Assembly: GCA_025201805.1 (NCBI GenBank) | Contig: MU619263.1 | Span: 6,461-70,460 of the forward strand | DNA length: 64,000 nt | Reading direction: 5' to 3' | Origin: Parasitella parasitica NRRL 2501 | Lineage: Eukaryota > Fungi > Mucoromycota | Translations under genes and position numbers: made by a program | In this document: in pieces, positions 25,394-37,828 of the stretch | Position numbering within the stretch: the first letter of the stretch is position 1 | Layout of the letters: each line of letters opens with the position of its first letter | The notes under the pieces: model-generated | Seen by the model: only the letters and a program-made list of their open reading frames with translations | What the model was told of the DNA's origin: nothing | Database searches by the model: none

Positions 25394-27359
25394 TTAAACG
25401 CCATCTTGACCCTGCTCCTTTTTGCCCCTCTTGGCCTTCTTGTCTTTTTGTGCTGCGTTTCTTTTCCGCTTCTTGGATGCCTCAATTATTTCCCTAGTTG
25501 GCATATTAGTACAACGACAAAGACAATGTCTGTCAATGGTAGCAGCTCTTACTTTTTCTTGTTCTGGTTGTATTTATCGTACTTGGAGGTAGTATCAACG
25601 TGATCACGGTCCAAGCCCTTGCGCATCTTTTGCTTTTGGTTGCTGGTCATTTTTTTGATATTCAACATCCACTCAGGAATTTCGCAGCCTGAATCCTTCA
25701 TCACATTCACAACGCCCCGCATGTATTGCAAATCGTCTTGTGTGTAGTATGTCACAGCTTCACCTTGGCGACCAGCACGGCCCGTACGGCCAATTCTATG
25801 GATATAACTTGCTACAGTCTGAGGGAAATCATAGTTGATGACCAAATTTACACCTTTGAAATCTAAACCACGCGCCATCAATTCGGTAGCAATCAACACC
25901 CAGATCTTGCCCACGCGGAATTGATCAATGATGTTGTCACGCTGCGCCTTTGATCTGTCAGAATGGATCACCTCTACATTGATGCCATCGAAAATCAGCT
26001 CGTGAAAGAGCTCTTTGGCACGCTCAATGGATTGGACAAAAATGAGTACAGGTGGTTTGATACCCTTTTGCACCAATTGGCGCAATGCAATCATCTTTCC
26101 AGCCTCTGTGCCAGTGAACAGTAATTCCTGCTTGATTGTGTCTGTGGCAGCATTTCTATCACAAAACCCGTGAGCAAACATGGTCGCAAACACAGCCCAT
26201 ATCGTCTGGGATACTTACTTGGTACCAATGACAATACGAATAGGGTTTTTCATAACCGTGTTGGCAAGCTCTTCGACATGCGAAGAAAAGGTGGCACTGA
26301 ATAGAGACTTTTGGATAGTAGCTGAGGAACACGCGGCAAAAATCTCGTCAGTCTGGTCCAGGAAGCCCTGGTCCAACAACTTGTCTGCTTCGTCAAGCAC
26401 AAGATGCTTCACTGCAGTCAAGTCGACTTCTTTTTCCTTGATAGCATATACGAGTCGCAGGGGCGTAGTGATCAAAATATCTACCGAGTTCTCAATACCT
26501 ACGTCCATCATGCTTTTGAAACCAACTTACCAAACTTTTGTCTTGATTCAGGAGTCTGCGATTTATCAGCTGCAGTTGCCTTGGTCAGCACATTGATACG
26601 GAGCTTAGTGCCTTGGCTCAGATGATCGGCTTCGCGGGCAATCTGCTGCACCAACTCTCTTGTAGGTGCAATGATCAACGCGCGGTAGCTGGTCTTTTTC
26701 TCGGGTTTTTTCAAATCTTGCAAAATGGGCAGTAAAAAGGCCATGGTTTTACCTGAACCGGTTGGGGCGCAAGACATGACATCTCTGCCGTGCAACATAA
26801 TGGGAATCGACTGCATTTGCACAGGTGTAGGCGTAGTGTATTTGATGGCCATCAAGTTTTTGTAAAGGACATGATCAAGATTATAAGCGGGCGACGCAAG
26901 ATCTTCAAACGTTCTAAAAGGATTCGGCACATCAGTACCGTACACCTTGATTTTATACTGTTTTTTAAACTCTTTTGCCTCCTCAGCTGTGTCGAAAACA
27001 GTGGAGGCTTGCTTCTTGTTGGCTAAGAGAAGAAGTGGGTGGGTATTTCAGCATAATTTTCAGAGAAAAAAACCAGCTCATGTACTACCTTTTTTCGACA
27101 ATTTGTGTAATTTTCCTTCTTGAACTGATGTCTTGTTGTCGTCTTTGTTCTGGTTCGAGCCGACAATGGTATGTGTGGTTTTGAAAAAGTCAATTTCATC
27201 GAGCAATTGGGAGCGAACTTGAGAATCGATGACAGCTGCATTCTTCTTTTTGGACTGTGTCTGATTGGCTTCTTTTTCACCTTCAAAAAGATGAACGTCG
27301 TTTTTGAATCTAGCCTTATCAAAGCGAGCACCGCCTCCTAGTAAATGAAAAAGATCCAT
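25394..27359 (-). CDS. ROK1: DEAD-box RNA helicase Rok1/DDX52
   Basis: [15 protein letters not shown] start, [59 protein letters not shown]. Confidence 0.95.
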
Positions 27360-27634
27360 GTCGTTTGGAGTGTGCAGGAGAAAAAAACTAGGTTTATGAA
27401 ATTCCTGGAGAAAAAAAAAAAAAAAAAAAAAAGCTGTTCTTTTTCAACATTGCTACAAGCCACATTGTAATGGCTAATGGAGCATACCCGGTACTGTAAT
27501 AGAAAAAGAAAGAGCGTCATACTAGTAGACAGCACCAGCTCCAGCACCAGCTCCATAGGTAGTGATTGCCATGCAAACCAAGTGTAAAAAAAAAAAATTT
27601 ACTAAATCAATCAAGACAGATGCAGCTTCTTTAT

Positions 27635-30600
27635 TTATCTCATATCGACCGAGTTTAGTAGTTCATTAGTTACATTTTCTACACACTGATTAACAAAGTC
27701 CATCAATTGGGTATCCGATTCATCAATCCATTGGACTCCAAAATGTTGGATCAAGTGCGATTTTACCTGGACTCTTGTCGTTGATTCCAGGCTCACTCTC
27801 TGCAGATAAGATCTGACTTCTGAACTAATGGCTGTGCGTATATCGACTTCGCCTGTAATCAAGGTGGATTTGGAAGCCTGGTTTTTGAGAAAGGATGGAC
27901 TTGTTGAGTCACTCATGTTCCTGAAATGCCGTGATAGTGAGCCCGACGAGGGAATGTGCAAAATAGACCCGCTGCCACTGGTAGCAGCAGCAACTTTTTT
28001 CAATCGTTTTGATTTCAATAGCGTCGTAGTGTTAGCAGGTGGGCTAGCATTTCGTAAAGCTGCATGGTTATCGTATTGCTGGCGAAGGTTCGCATAGGAG
28101 GCGGTTTGTTGTTGGGGTTGTTGTAGTGAGAAATTATGTACGGCTCGGCTTCGTCCTTCTTCTGGCCCTTCTTTACTGTACGCCGTGGACAATCCCTGAT
28201 CGTCGTCTGTGTCCAAGTTTTCATTATTATATAAAGCAATTCGATGGCGAGGAAGACGATCGTTGCTTCCCACAGGCATGCCAAAGTGCTCCTGCTGGAA
28301 TGGTATTTCAGCATTGTAAGCATTGTAAGCATTGTAAATAGAGAACGTGTTTGACGAGATGGACAAGATGGATGCGCGGTCCTGCTGCTCATCGTCATTG
28401 CTATTATCAGCGTTGCTGGCTCGAGGAGAATGGTCGTCAACAATCAAAATAGGGTTTTCGGGGCGTATTGTGCTCATCAAAATTTCATCCGCGTGTTGCT
28501 GACTGTCTAAATAGGTGGGTATCTTTGCAAATCCACTGCTGTTTATGCTGCTGGGCAGAGTGGAGCCATCGGTCATGTCGTATTGCACACCTAATTTTGT
28601 CGAGTAATTTATATTCCCATTGCTTGCATCGTTTTGTTGGCTGGTATATGTAAAGTAGGAGGATTGTGAGTGGCTGGGACGATGCTGGTTGAAGCGATCT
28701 CTTGCGGGAGTTACTTCGTCAGAGTGCTCTCCGGGAAGAGCTGGGTATACACCATGTTCGTCATCAAACGGGTTGTCGATATCAGCAAACGGGTTCTGCG
28801 CTGGGGGATCAGGTACATCTTCAGATTTGCTGTTGGGATACCTGTGTCTCCAAGTGGACATTTCCAAGCCGGTGGGTGGGCCATTATTAGCTGTGATGCG
28901 AGTAGAATGAACCACATCCCTCAATTGGGCCAAGGGAGGAGTTGCGATTTCGTTTACCTTTGCGCCGTTTCCATGCAAATGGTCGTCTCCTTCTAGCCCA
29001 TCCGCAAATCCAGTAAACCCGATAAAGTTAGAGTCCAAAGCCGCCTCTGCTGCTTGATGCAGCCGGGTTGCTTCCACCACTTCATGTTCACCTAGTCTTA
29101 GCCTGGGAACAGAAAACAACTCAGGATCGCCTTTATGGTGCTCTCTGCTCTCATCAGGGCTCTCATAATGGTCATCATAAAGCGCACTCTGAGGAGCCTT
29201 TTCTGAAGACTTGATTTTGCCGTTGTAGATGTACAGAGGTTCAGTCTGTCTTTGACGATCAATGATGCCATGTAGCCGAGCACCGCGCCGGGCTGTTGTA
29301 GGCCACACATCGTACCAATATGCGGCATAGTCACTTTGCCAGACTGCTAGAATAGGGAACCAGATAGCATACAGAGGCAACGACAGCAAACAGTACAGCA
29401 CAAACCATAAGATGTAGCGAAACTGACGTCGCAGCAAAAAGAACAGGATATGGAGCGCAACGAGGCCTGTAAAAGAACAGGCGATTATCACATACGCCAT
29501 GCCAGACTGACGAACCGAGCGACCAAATATACCGTATAGATACACAATAATGGGCATGGAAAAGATCATGTCTAGAAGCTCTGTTGTCGAAAGAATCCAG
29601 TAGGTTAGGCCCAGCTGCCACGATACACGCTGCATCTCGAGTTGTGTGTGGAACGCAGAGCGGATGTTGCGGATCTGGAGCCCTTGCAAAGAAAAGAAGT
29701 TGGTTGGTAATGTCGCATAGCCCACAGCTTCTGGCTCAAACCCCAAACGATGATTAGGGTGCGATTTCAGCAGCACTATGGGCATGATCTTCTCTTCTCC
29801 CAAAAGTAAGACATTCTGCATGTGCATCGTATCTGCGTACGGCGTGGAGATGCCTCGCAACACTGTTGGGTGAACACAGCACGGCCGAACGTCCACTCGA
29901 GCAGACAGTGAAAGACGTGATTCAGGCCGGACAGCCATTGAAAGTCTGTTTGGGCGTCCAATAGAGATGGATCTAGTGTGTGCTCTATGGCTTGCTGTCG
30001 CTGTAGTTGTGGCTGTCGTCATTGTAGTGGTGCTTTCATTCGTAAGAGAACTTTGGCGGGAAGGGGGGTCTTGGAAAGGATCGGTGATGATGATCTCGTC
30101 GCTCAGCTTTGGCCATTTGTTGTACAGCTGCTGTCGACGGTGATGATTTCCAAGCGATTGCTGAGAGGTGTTATTGCTCTGATGTTGGTGCTTTTGTGGT
30201 AGCTTCCATTTTCTAAGGAACTTTTGGCTCTGTTCTTGCTGCTGCAAGAAGGGTACGTTCTCTGTCCATATTTTGTACATGACAAGGCCACCGTTGATTG
30301 TCATGACGCTGCGAAGACACGCTTCGTATGCTAGGCCCGAGAAGAATGTCATGTAGGCTGGAAAGATCTGCAGCATGGTTGTCAGATTTTCCTCGGGATT
30401 AGCAGGACGCACATGGCCGCTCACTGCAAGCATCTTGCGGTCCTGCTCAAGACGGGACACCAGTTTCTGCACAATATCACTCTGCACCTGTATGTCCGCA
30501 TCCGTAACCAACATGTACTTGAAGCACCTTGGGTCGATACCCAGAACATTGTAGCACTGATTGAAAATTTCATAGTCTAACGGTGTGATTCTGTTGTTGG

Positions 30601-32399
30601 CTAAATTCATGCATCGCTCAAGAAAGCCAAAAACAAGCACCAACGAATCTCTTTTGCCACGGTTTCCAGGAGGCGCTGTGAGCATATGGCTTTGGCGGTA
30701 TTCGGTTTCTTCCTGAGTCTGGCCAATTTTTACAATGACAAGATAGGGAACTCGGTTGCGACCTGTTTCATAGTAGCCAGAGTAGACGCGGGCGTAGTTT
30801 ATGCGTTTTCCATGTTGTCCTAATGAAGTGTAGGCTTGAGACAAGGGCTCGTCAGTGCAGCTGTAGCCGAGATATTCGAGCAACAAAACGTATGTTTCCT
30901 TTTGCTCTTGTGTGCTTGTAGTCACGCCATCGCAGACAAACAGCAGGAGCTTTTTATTGTCATCATACGTAGAACGAGACAAGGTGTCCAGTGTTTGCTT
31001 GAGCGTTTCAGATGACTCAGAAAAGCATGGCACCATGAGGATAGTGTGAGGCCATTGCACATGCTGCGCTGCTGAAGACCGCTGTTGATAAAGAAACGAT
31101 GCTGACGAGAATTCAGGCGCAAAGTTGAACAAGAATCTGTGTATGAACGACACCCTCGATAGATAGGCCAGGTTCATTTTTACGAGAAAGTAGAGCAAGC
31201 CAACCCCCATCGTTGCCCACAGCGCAGGGTTGATGCGACTGCAATCAGACGATATGTACGAGGGCACAACGCCCTTCTGGAATAAGTGGATCAGACAGTT
31301 GCGATATAGTGTGGGGTTTTCAGTGACATTGCCGTCAAAGCCATCAGTAATATCTTTGCCGAGGTTGATGTACAGAAACAGCGTTAGATCGAGCGGCAGA
31401 AACATGCGATCGAGGGCAAAAGATCGAGAGCTGAGGGTTGATGACAGAGGAATGATGGTGGTTGCTCCGCTGAGGTATGTTGTCACATCGAGAACATAGC
31501 CATCTAGTATAACGTAGGCTTGTTTTGTTGAGTTGTCGGGCGACGGTAGCGCATTGTATGTTCTTCGTATTACGTCTGGATCGTATTCGATGTCTGCAGC
31601 CTACGAGTCAATATCCATGTTTCTATATGCGTACATGTATTAATTACCTCCTTTAACGGGCAAGGCACTTATTTGAGCTTCATAGTCTGCCCCGTAAAAG
31701 CATGGGCCGCCGGTGACATTGAGATGGTCTGGCAATGGACACTGGCTCAAATGATCCAGCTCTGTCCTGCTATAGCTGTAGCCTGGGTCATGTTGAAGAA
31801 TATAGTCCAGCCAGGCGTCGGCTTTGTCGGCATTGCTTTGATAATAGACGCAGTCATTGAGAATGCTGTCTCGGTACTGATCTTGGTCAGATGAACGACT
31901 CAACTTTATAAATTTAGGGAAATTGGCAGATAAATCATGATGTGGATACTGGTTCACCCAGTCGATCATCGGGCTGGCGATGCCTGTGTGTCTCCAGTCT
32001 ACAGCTTTACCATTGATAGCTGCCATCTTTGAATCGTTTGAAAAGACTTCGTGGTATGCCAAGGGCTTTTCTGGGTCGCAAAAGTAGCTCGAGATGTATT
32101 CTAACCAGAAACAAAAGAACGCTGCTGAAAACAAGAAGAGGAAAAAGAGTGCTATCTTTTCACGCCAAGCCTGGCGAGATTCTAAGTAGGTGTGTGTACA
32201 TGTATATGATGTTTCTGTGTGAGTTGAAATCATAAACCGTACATACATAGATGCAAAATAACAAACCACTGCTAGTTAATCCTCCTACATAGTACAGTAG
32301 AAAATCAGGTATAAGAAACGTTAAAAACCGAGAAAATGAAATCCAAACAAGCCGTCTGCAAGTAGGACGACGTAAATATGTGTATTTTTCTACACTCAT
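27635..32399 (-). CDS. Chitin synthase-like protein (division 2, class V/VII-derived, no myosin domain) with degenerate catalytic motifs and a C-terminal DEK-C-like domain
   Basis: QAWREKIAL, cytochrome b5-like segments, YDDNKKLLLFVCDG, VYSGYYE, VPYLVIVKIG, PGNRGKRDS and TDAD are retained. GEEK replaces GEDR and LQIRNI replaces QRRRW. The last exon is an unbroken frame of more than 1,280 codons. Confidence 0.88.
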
Positions 32400-33967
32400 G
32401 TACTATATGAAGCCTGCTCCACCATAGAATATTGAAAAAGGGGAATTTTTAAAAAAAATAAAAAAAAAAAAAAGAGAAAAGAAAGGATCAGCTTGATTGT
32501 ATCTAATCAAGAAGAAAAGAGGGGTGGAAAAAAAAAGGGGGGGGGAGGGATGGAGCAGTAGTACGATATATCCATGATTGGCTGTATTGAGACTCATCGA
32601 GTTTTCTGGCTACCTGGCTACCTGGCAAGTTCATCTTGTATCACCCAAGCAGTGATATTAACTGAATACAATTACACAACTCGCGAAACACTTGAAGCCT
32701 TTTTCTAAAGAGGGCGAGGTTGTGTAAAAATGTGCTATCTCTTGAGGTAGAAAAGGTATGCTACTGATTGACGAGTGCAATACATATATACGGAAGACAT
32801 TCAATACCACACCTCAGATCTAAACTTTTTAAAGTATACATGTTCACATAGATCTATTATTCTCTAATACGCCCATGTGGATTGAGTAGCTTTATGTTTT
32901 GCTGATGGTTCAAGATAAAGTTTATAGGCTATACTATTGGCACCATTTTACCTTCGAATCGTCTCAACTTTTTATGGCAGAAGGTTGCTCGTTTGGATTC
33001 AACATTTACATCTACATAGATAAATTAAAAGTGAATGAGATGACCGGTGTGCTTTGTTGCGAGATTACAGAAGCTTTGCTGTTGATCAATGACGATACAT
33101 ATTAGTAGTTGTTTGACAATTTGCTCAAACAAATAGCCACATCAATCTCTGAATCTGTTTGATAAACCATTTTTTGATACATCACTAAAGCGCGGAAATC
33201 TCAGTCAATTTGCGATATGAAACTTTTACATCACTAGTATGCAATGTGCTTTTAACGCTCAAATCCTCGTAATAAAGATCACATCAGACTAATTAAATGT
33301 GCATTGCGCATAATGTTGTATCATGTCCCATACACACACGAAAGGGCTTTGTTGGTTTCCAAAAGAACATTCATACATATTATATCACTCGTTTTGGAAA
33401 TGCAAAAATGACCATCAGTGGGAACCCATCTTTTTCTCCAATCACGAGAATTTGGATGTGTATATGAATATTCAATTTGTATAAAAATATCTTTTGCATA
33501 CTTTTCTGTATTACAAAACGGAAATGAATGTAAAACAGTACTTTGTTTTCGCTCAACAGCCAGCAAAACATAGCCTTTGACTCATTTAAAATAATATATG
33601 ACACATGAATGAAGAAAGACTAAATTGCTGTTTATTTGCAAGATATATTTATAGTTTGAGTTTCCTTGTATATTCTAAATACCTTGCAATAGATGGTGGT
33701 ACACAATAATCATAATGAAATTTAAATGCATAATATTATACATATATTTTTTTGGTGATATTCGAGAATGTTTAATTCAGCATTCCCAAGTGTAAAATGA
33801 AAGAACAATGTTTCTATAACGGCAAGTTGGATTGATACATAGATGAGCTCACATTTTGATCGTTCCGTATATATACAAAATAAGAAAGTTGCAGTAATTG
33901 TAGCGCGCAGTTTTGTTCAAATTTTTATTTATTTTTTTCATTCCGTAGTTTTTGAGATTTTGAGTTT

Positions 33968-34147
33968 NNNNNNNNNNNNNNNNNNNNNNNNNNNNNNNNN
34001 NNNNNNNNNNNNNNNNNNNNNNNNNNNNNNNNNNNNNNNNNNNNNNNNNNNNNNNNNNNNNNNNNNNNNNNNNNNNNNNNNNNNNNNNNNNNNNNNNNNN
34101 NNNNNNNNNNNNNNNNNNNNNNNNNNNNNNNNNNNNNNNNNNNNNNN
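33968..34147. other. Assembly gap (180 N)
   Basis: Run of N. Confidence 1.
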
Positions 34148-34210
34148 AGAAAAAAAAGAGGAGAAAAATGTAAAATTATAATATTGCATATGGAGATTTA
34201 GAAGTAGAGG

Positions 34211-35381
34211 TTATTGCCAAAATCTACAATGCTTTTTATCTAATAAAGCAATGTGTTCTTTGCCCTCATATTTACGTTTTTGAGATGTGTTCATACGAGC
34301 AGGAGGAGTCTGAGCTGGTGAGGATGAGATGGAACTTGGAAGAGAAAGAGATAAAGCAGGGGGTGCAGATATAGGTGAACATTGTGGACATCCACAAGTG
34401 GTGGAAGAGCAAATTGAGGTGGTAGGTGATGACAAAGGAGGAGTTGAGATGTATGAAGATGGCAATTCGCTGTTATTATTGTATATGTGGTTAATTGATG
34501 TTGATGGGTATGATGCTATGGGTGCAAATGATAGGCAAGAAGATAGATCACGCAGGGATGTTGGGATATTATGCATCCTGGCCTGTGTGCGGGTGTGTAA
34601 AAGACGGTGCCAACAATCAAATGTGGTCTGATCAATGTACAGTCTATGGTCCATGATACTCAAAAAGTAGCGCTCTGCAGTATTGATCTCTGCCACGGGT
34701 AATCCTGCTATTTTTGCCCATGCTGAATTACGATATGTTTTATCTTGCACAAATTTGGATGCCACAACAAGACTAGCTAAAAACATGCGCCTACCACAGC
34801 TGATGTATGCGTTGTGCTGCCAGTTGTTCTTTTTATCACATGATCTTTGTTGTTGTTGTTGTTGTTGTTGTAAGTGTTGAATAATAGCTGGTCGAGCACG
34901 AAACAAATAGAACAATGCTGTTTGTAACGTGGAGTAAGTAGTTCGAGATCTCTTCAACACCTCTTGAATGAAAGTCCGCAAGGGTACAACCGGCGATACT
35001 CGGGATTCCTTGGAGAGGGTAGGGTACCAAATGGATTCAATGACAACTGCATTGATATCTAATCATGTAGCGAATTTAATTAGATATTCAAGTGCTAATA
35101 ATAAATGTACATATATGAGGCTTACCAACTAAGGCTTCTACATAAGCCAATCGATTGGTGGACACAAGTTGGCCAGATTGAGTCGATTGGATTGGTTGCT
35201 GTTGTACTGTAGTGGCAGAAGAAGCAGAAATAGGAGCAACATACTGTTTTTTATATTTTTTGTTTCGTAAGGCATAAAGGTCAGGATCCGTCTGAAGAGA
35301 ATTGACCGAAAAAACATTTGAGGTTGTCATGGTAATAAATTTGGTATCCAAGGTGTGGTGATCAGCAAATGTGTGGTTCAT
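34211..35381 (-). CDS. Pho85-type cyclin (Pcl5/Clg1-like), two exons
   Basis: Cyclin box LRTFIQEVLKRSRTTYSTLQTALFYL...CGRRMFLASLVVASKFVQDKTYRNSAWAKIAGL...ERYFL. The start codon is uncertain. Confidence 0.9.
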
Positions 35382-36329
35382 TAGTATGTCTGAAGTTTGT
35401 TCTCTCCTTTTCTGTTTCTTGATGAAGGTAAATTTATAAAAAAAAAATTCAACAAAGATTGAGAAAAGAAAAGAGAGGGAGAGAGAGAGAAAAGAAATAA
35501 AAAAGAAATGGAATGGAAATAAAAGAGAAAATAGAAAAATAGAAAGAAAGTAAGAAGGAGTGCGGGGGTACAGGTAGTGAAGAAAAGAAGAGAGGAGGGC
35601 GGGGGCTCGAAAAGAGGGGGGCAACAACTAAAATAAGAAGGGAATGAGGCAAGGTGTGTGTTTTTCTTGTGTGTCTCTAATATATGCAGTTGCGTGTGTA
35701 ATGAACAAATTCACATTTCTAATCAGCAAGTCAGTCAATCAAGTCAGACCACAAACTGAGCCTAATTGATTGTGTATGGTGTTAATGGTGTGAGTACATT
35801 CATCTAAGCCCAAGAATTCAGTTTACGAAATTAGCTCTCCTTTAGAAAGATTGGCGACAGCAACTCCACTCTATTAAGGAGATCCCTTCCGTATATCTTT
35901 TTCTTTCTTCTCTCTGCGGGATCCCGTTTATTGGTATCTTCTGCGTGTTAATTATTTCGTTATGTTAGATTTTTAGAGTGTGGCAATAATTTAGTTTCAA
36001 GTTACACTTGGATAAACTCACCTCCAGCAACAAGAAAACCAATCATTTCACGTGTCCGCGATGGGTGTAAAATGGATGCAGTACATTATCAATTTTTGCA
36101 AATTGACATGAGGAATTGTTGTAAGGAGCGAAAATACTACTTTATGACTGATGATTACACGTTGGCCAAGTAAATAAACAAACAAATAAATAAAAACGAC
36201 ACTTGTAGTTGTTGTCAGATTCTCCTTACAAAACCTGTTGTACTAATGATATCTCCTTGATGTTGGCTATGGTGACATGTTCAATGTATAAATTTTTATT
36301 TGTTTCAAATGGGCTATGTATAAAAACGT

Positions 36330-37204
36330 TTAATCGTATCGAGACCTTCTAGCGGGAGAGCGTGAGCGAGATCGACGAGGTGGAGCATCATCGTAATCAC
36401 GACGAGATTTTCTGCTATAGCGATCCATTTCACCAGCGAAATCATCATCATTGTCACGTCTATCACGGCTAGTGCGACGGCGTTGATCATTTCGACTGCT
36501 GTCCCTGTTATATCCACGGTCAGAATAACGACGATAATCTCTTTGCCTACCTCCATCACGGCGTTCATGATAATCATAGCGTTGGCGAGAATAATTGCTA
36601 TTCTGTGCATAATTACCATGTTGCTGTTGCTGTTGGCGGTTTTGCTATTTTGCTCATTAGCACTGGCGTTTAATTGGAACTGTGCTTTTCTTATGACTTA
36701 CTCTCATTTGCTCAATCGTATCACGGATCTTTAGGTATCCTTGATGTTGTTTGCCTTGATAATGAGCTTCCAATCTATCTGAAGAATCATTTGTTACCAA
36801 AAAAGCACCACACACATCGCATACCTTTTTTTTGCGTACAATTACAGTTAATTCACTGTCATTCATTTAACGATTTAAAATATGTGCCCATTTATTTACC
36901 TCCATACGCTTTTCGGCTTTGCTAAGGCCTTCAGCGTTCTGTCAATAATCAGAACAGATTAATAAACATGTATCAAATTGCAATATTTGCAAATTTACCT
37001 CTTTGAATTGAGTCAATTCTTCTTGGAGCTTATCAACTTCAGCTTGCAGGTCTGTTGCTTCTTGTACGCGACCTTCTTCTCCTGCCTCTTCAACTTTTTG
37101 TAACAACTCTTTAATCTTGACGTCTAGTAATACCATCTTTTCCTCTCTTTCTTCTTTACGAACCTCTGCCGCCTATATAGAATGATTAACTATGGTTTAT
37201 CGAT

Positions 37205-37295
<91 letters not shown>

Positions 37296-37828
37296 ATTTT
37301 TTACCTTGTCATCAAGTTGAATGTTCAATCTACCATTTCCTTGTCTAATTTTTCTGGAAAGATCAGAGATGAGCTTATTGAGGTAGTCATAGAATTTGTC
37401 TTCGTAACGGTATTTGTCTTTATCTGGGGATTTTTGGTAACGCTCCTTTAGACGATCATTGTGTATCTTGTCACAAGCACCTACACGTGTACTATTAGCA
37501 CATTTGTGTTGACAAAATAAGCTGTATTCCTTACCAAGGTCAGATTTTGTGTTTGTGAACAACTGAGAGGGACAAAAAGCAACAATGTAGTGCTTACAAA
37601 CCTATTGAAGGGCTTCCTGTTCAGTATATTTGCTTTACACCACTTCACATGTATACAATCATGTGGAGAAAAGTTTGCAACTTACACTATCATCCCAAAA
37701 GTCTTTGTTATCAACATCCACATATTGGGACATAAGCTCCTCAAGCATAGCCTTTTGATAATCTAAAAGAAAAAATCGTGTCAGGTACAACATTGTTTAG
37801 TAGAGATAACTGTAACTTATTTACCCAT
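36330..37828 (-). CDS. LUC7: U1 snRNP-associated splicing factor Luc7
   Basis: MDYQKAMLEELM, ZnF1 VCKHYIVAFCP..LFTNTKSDLG.C.KIH, ZnF2 VCDVCGAFL...RLEAHYQGKQHQGY, and an RS/RD-rich tail ending RSRSPARRSRYD*. Confidence 0.94.
37209..37294. repeat. About 86-nt poly(T) (poly(A) on the sense strand) inside a LUC7 intron
   Basis: Homopolymer run, seen directly. Confidence 0.9.

Noticed and set aside
33843-34189. ORFs spanning the second N gap
   Set aside because: Artefacts of translating through Ns.
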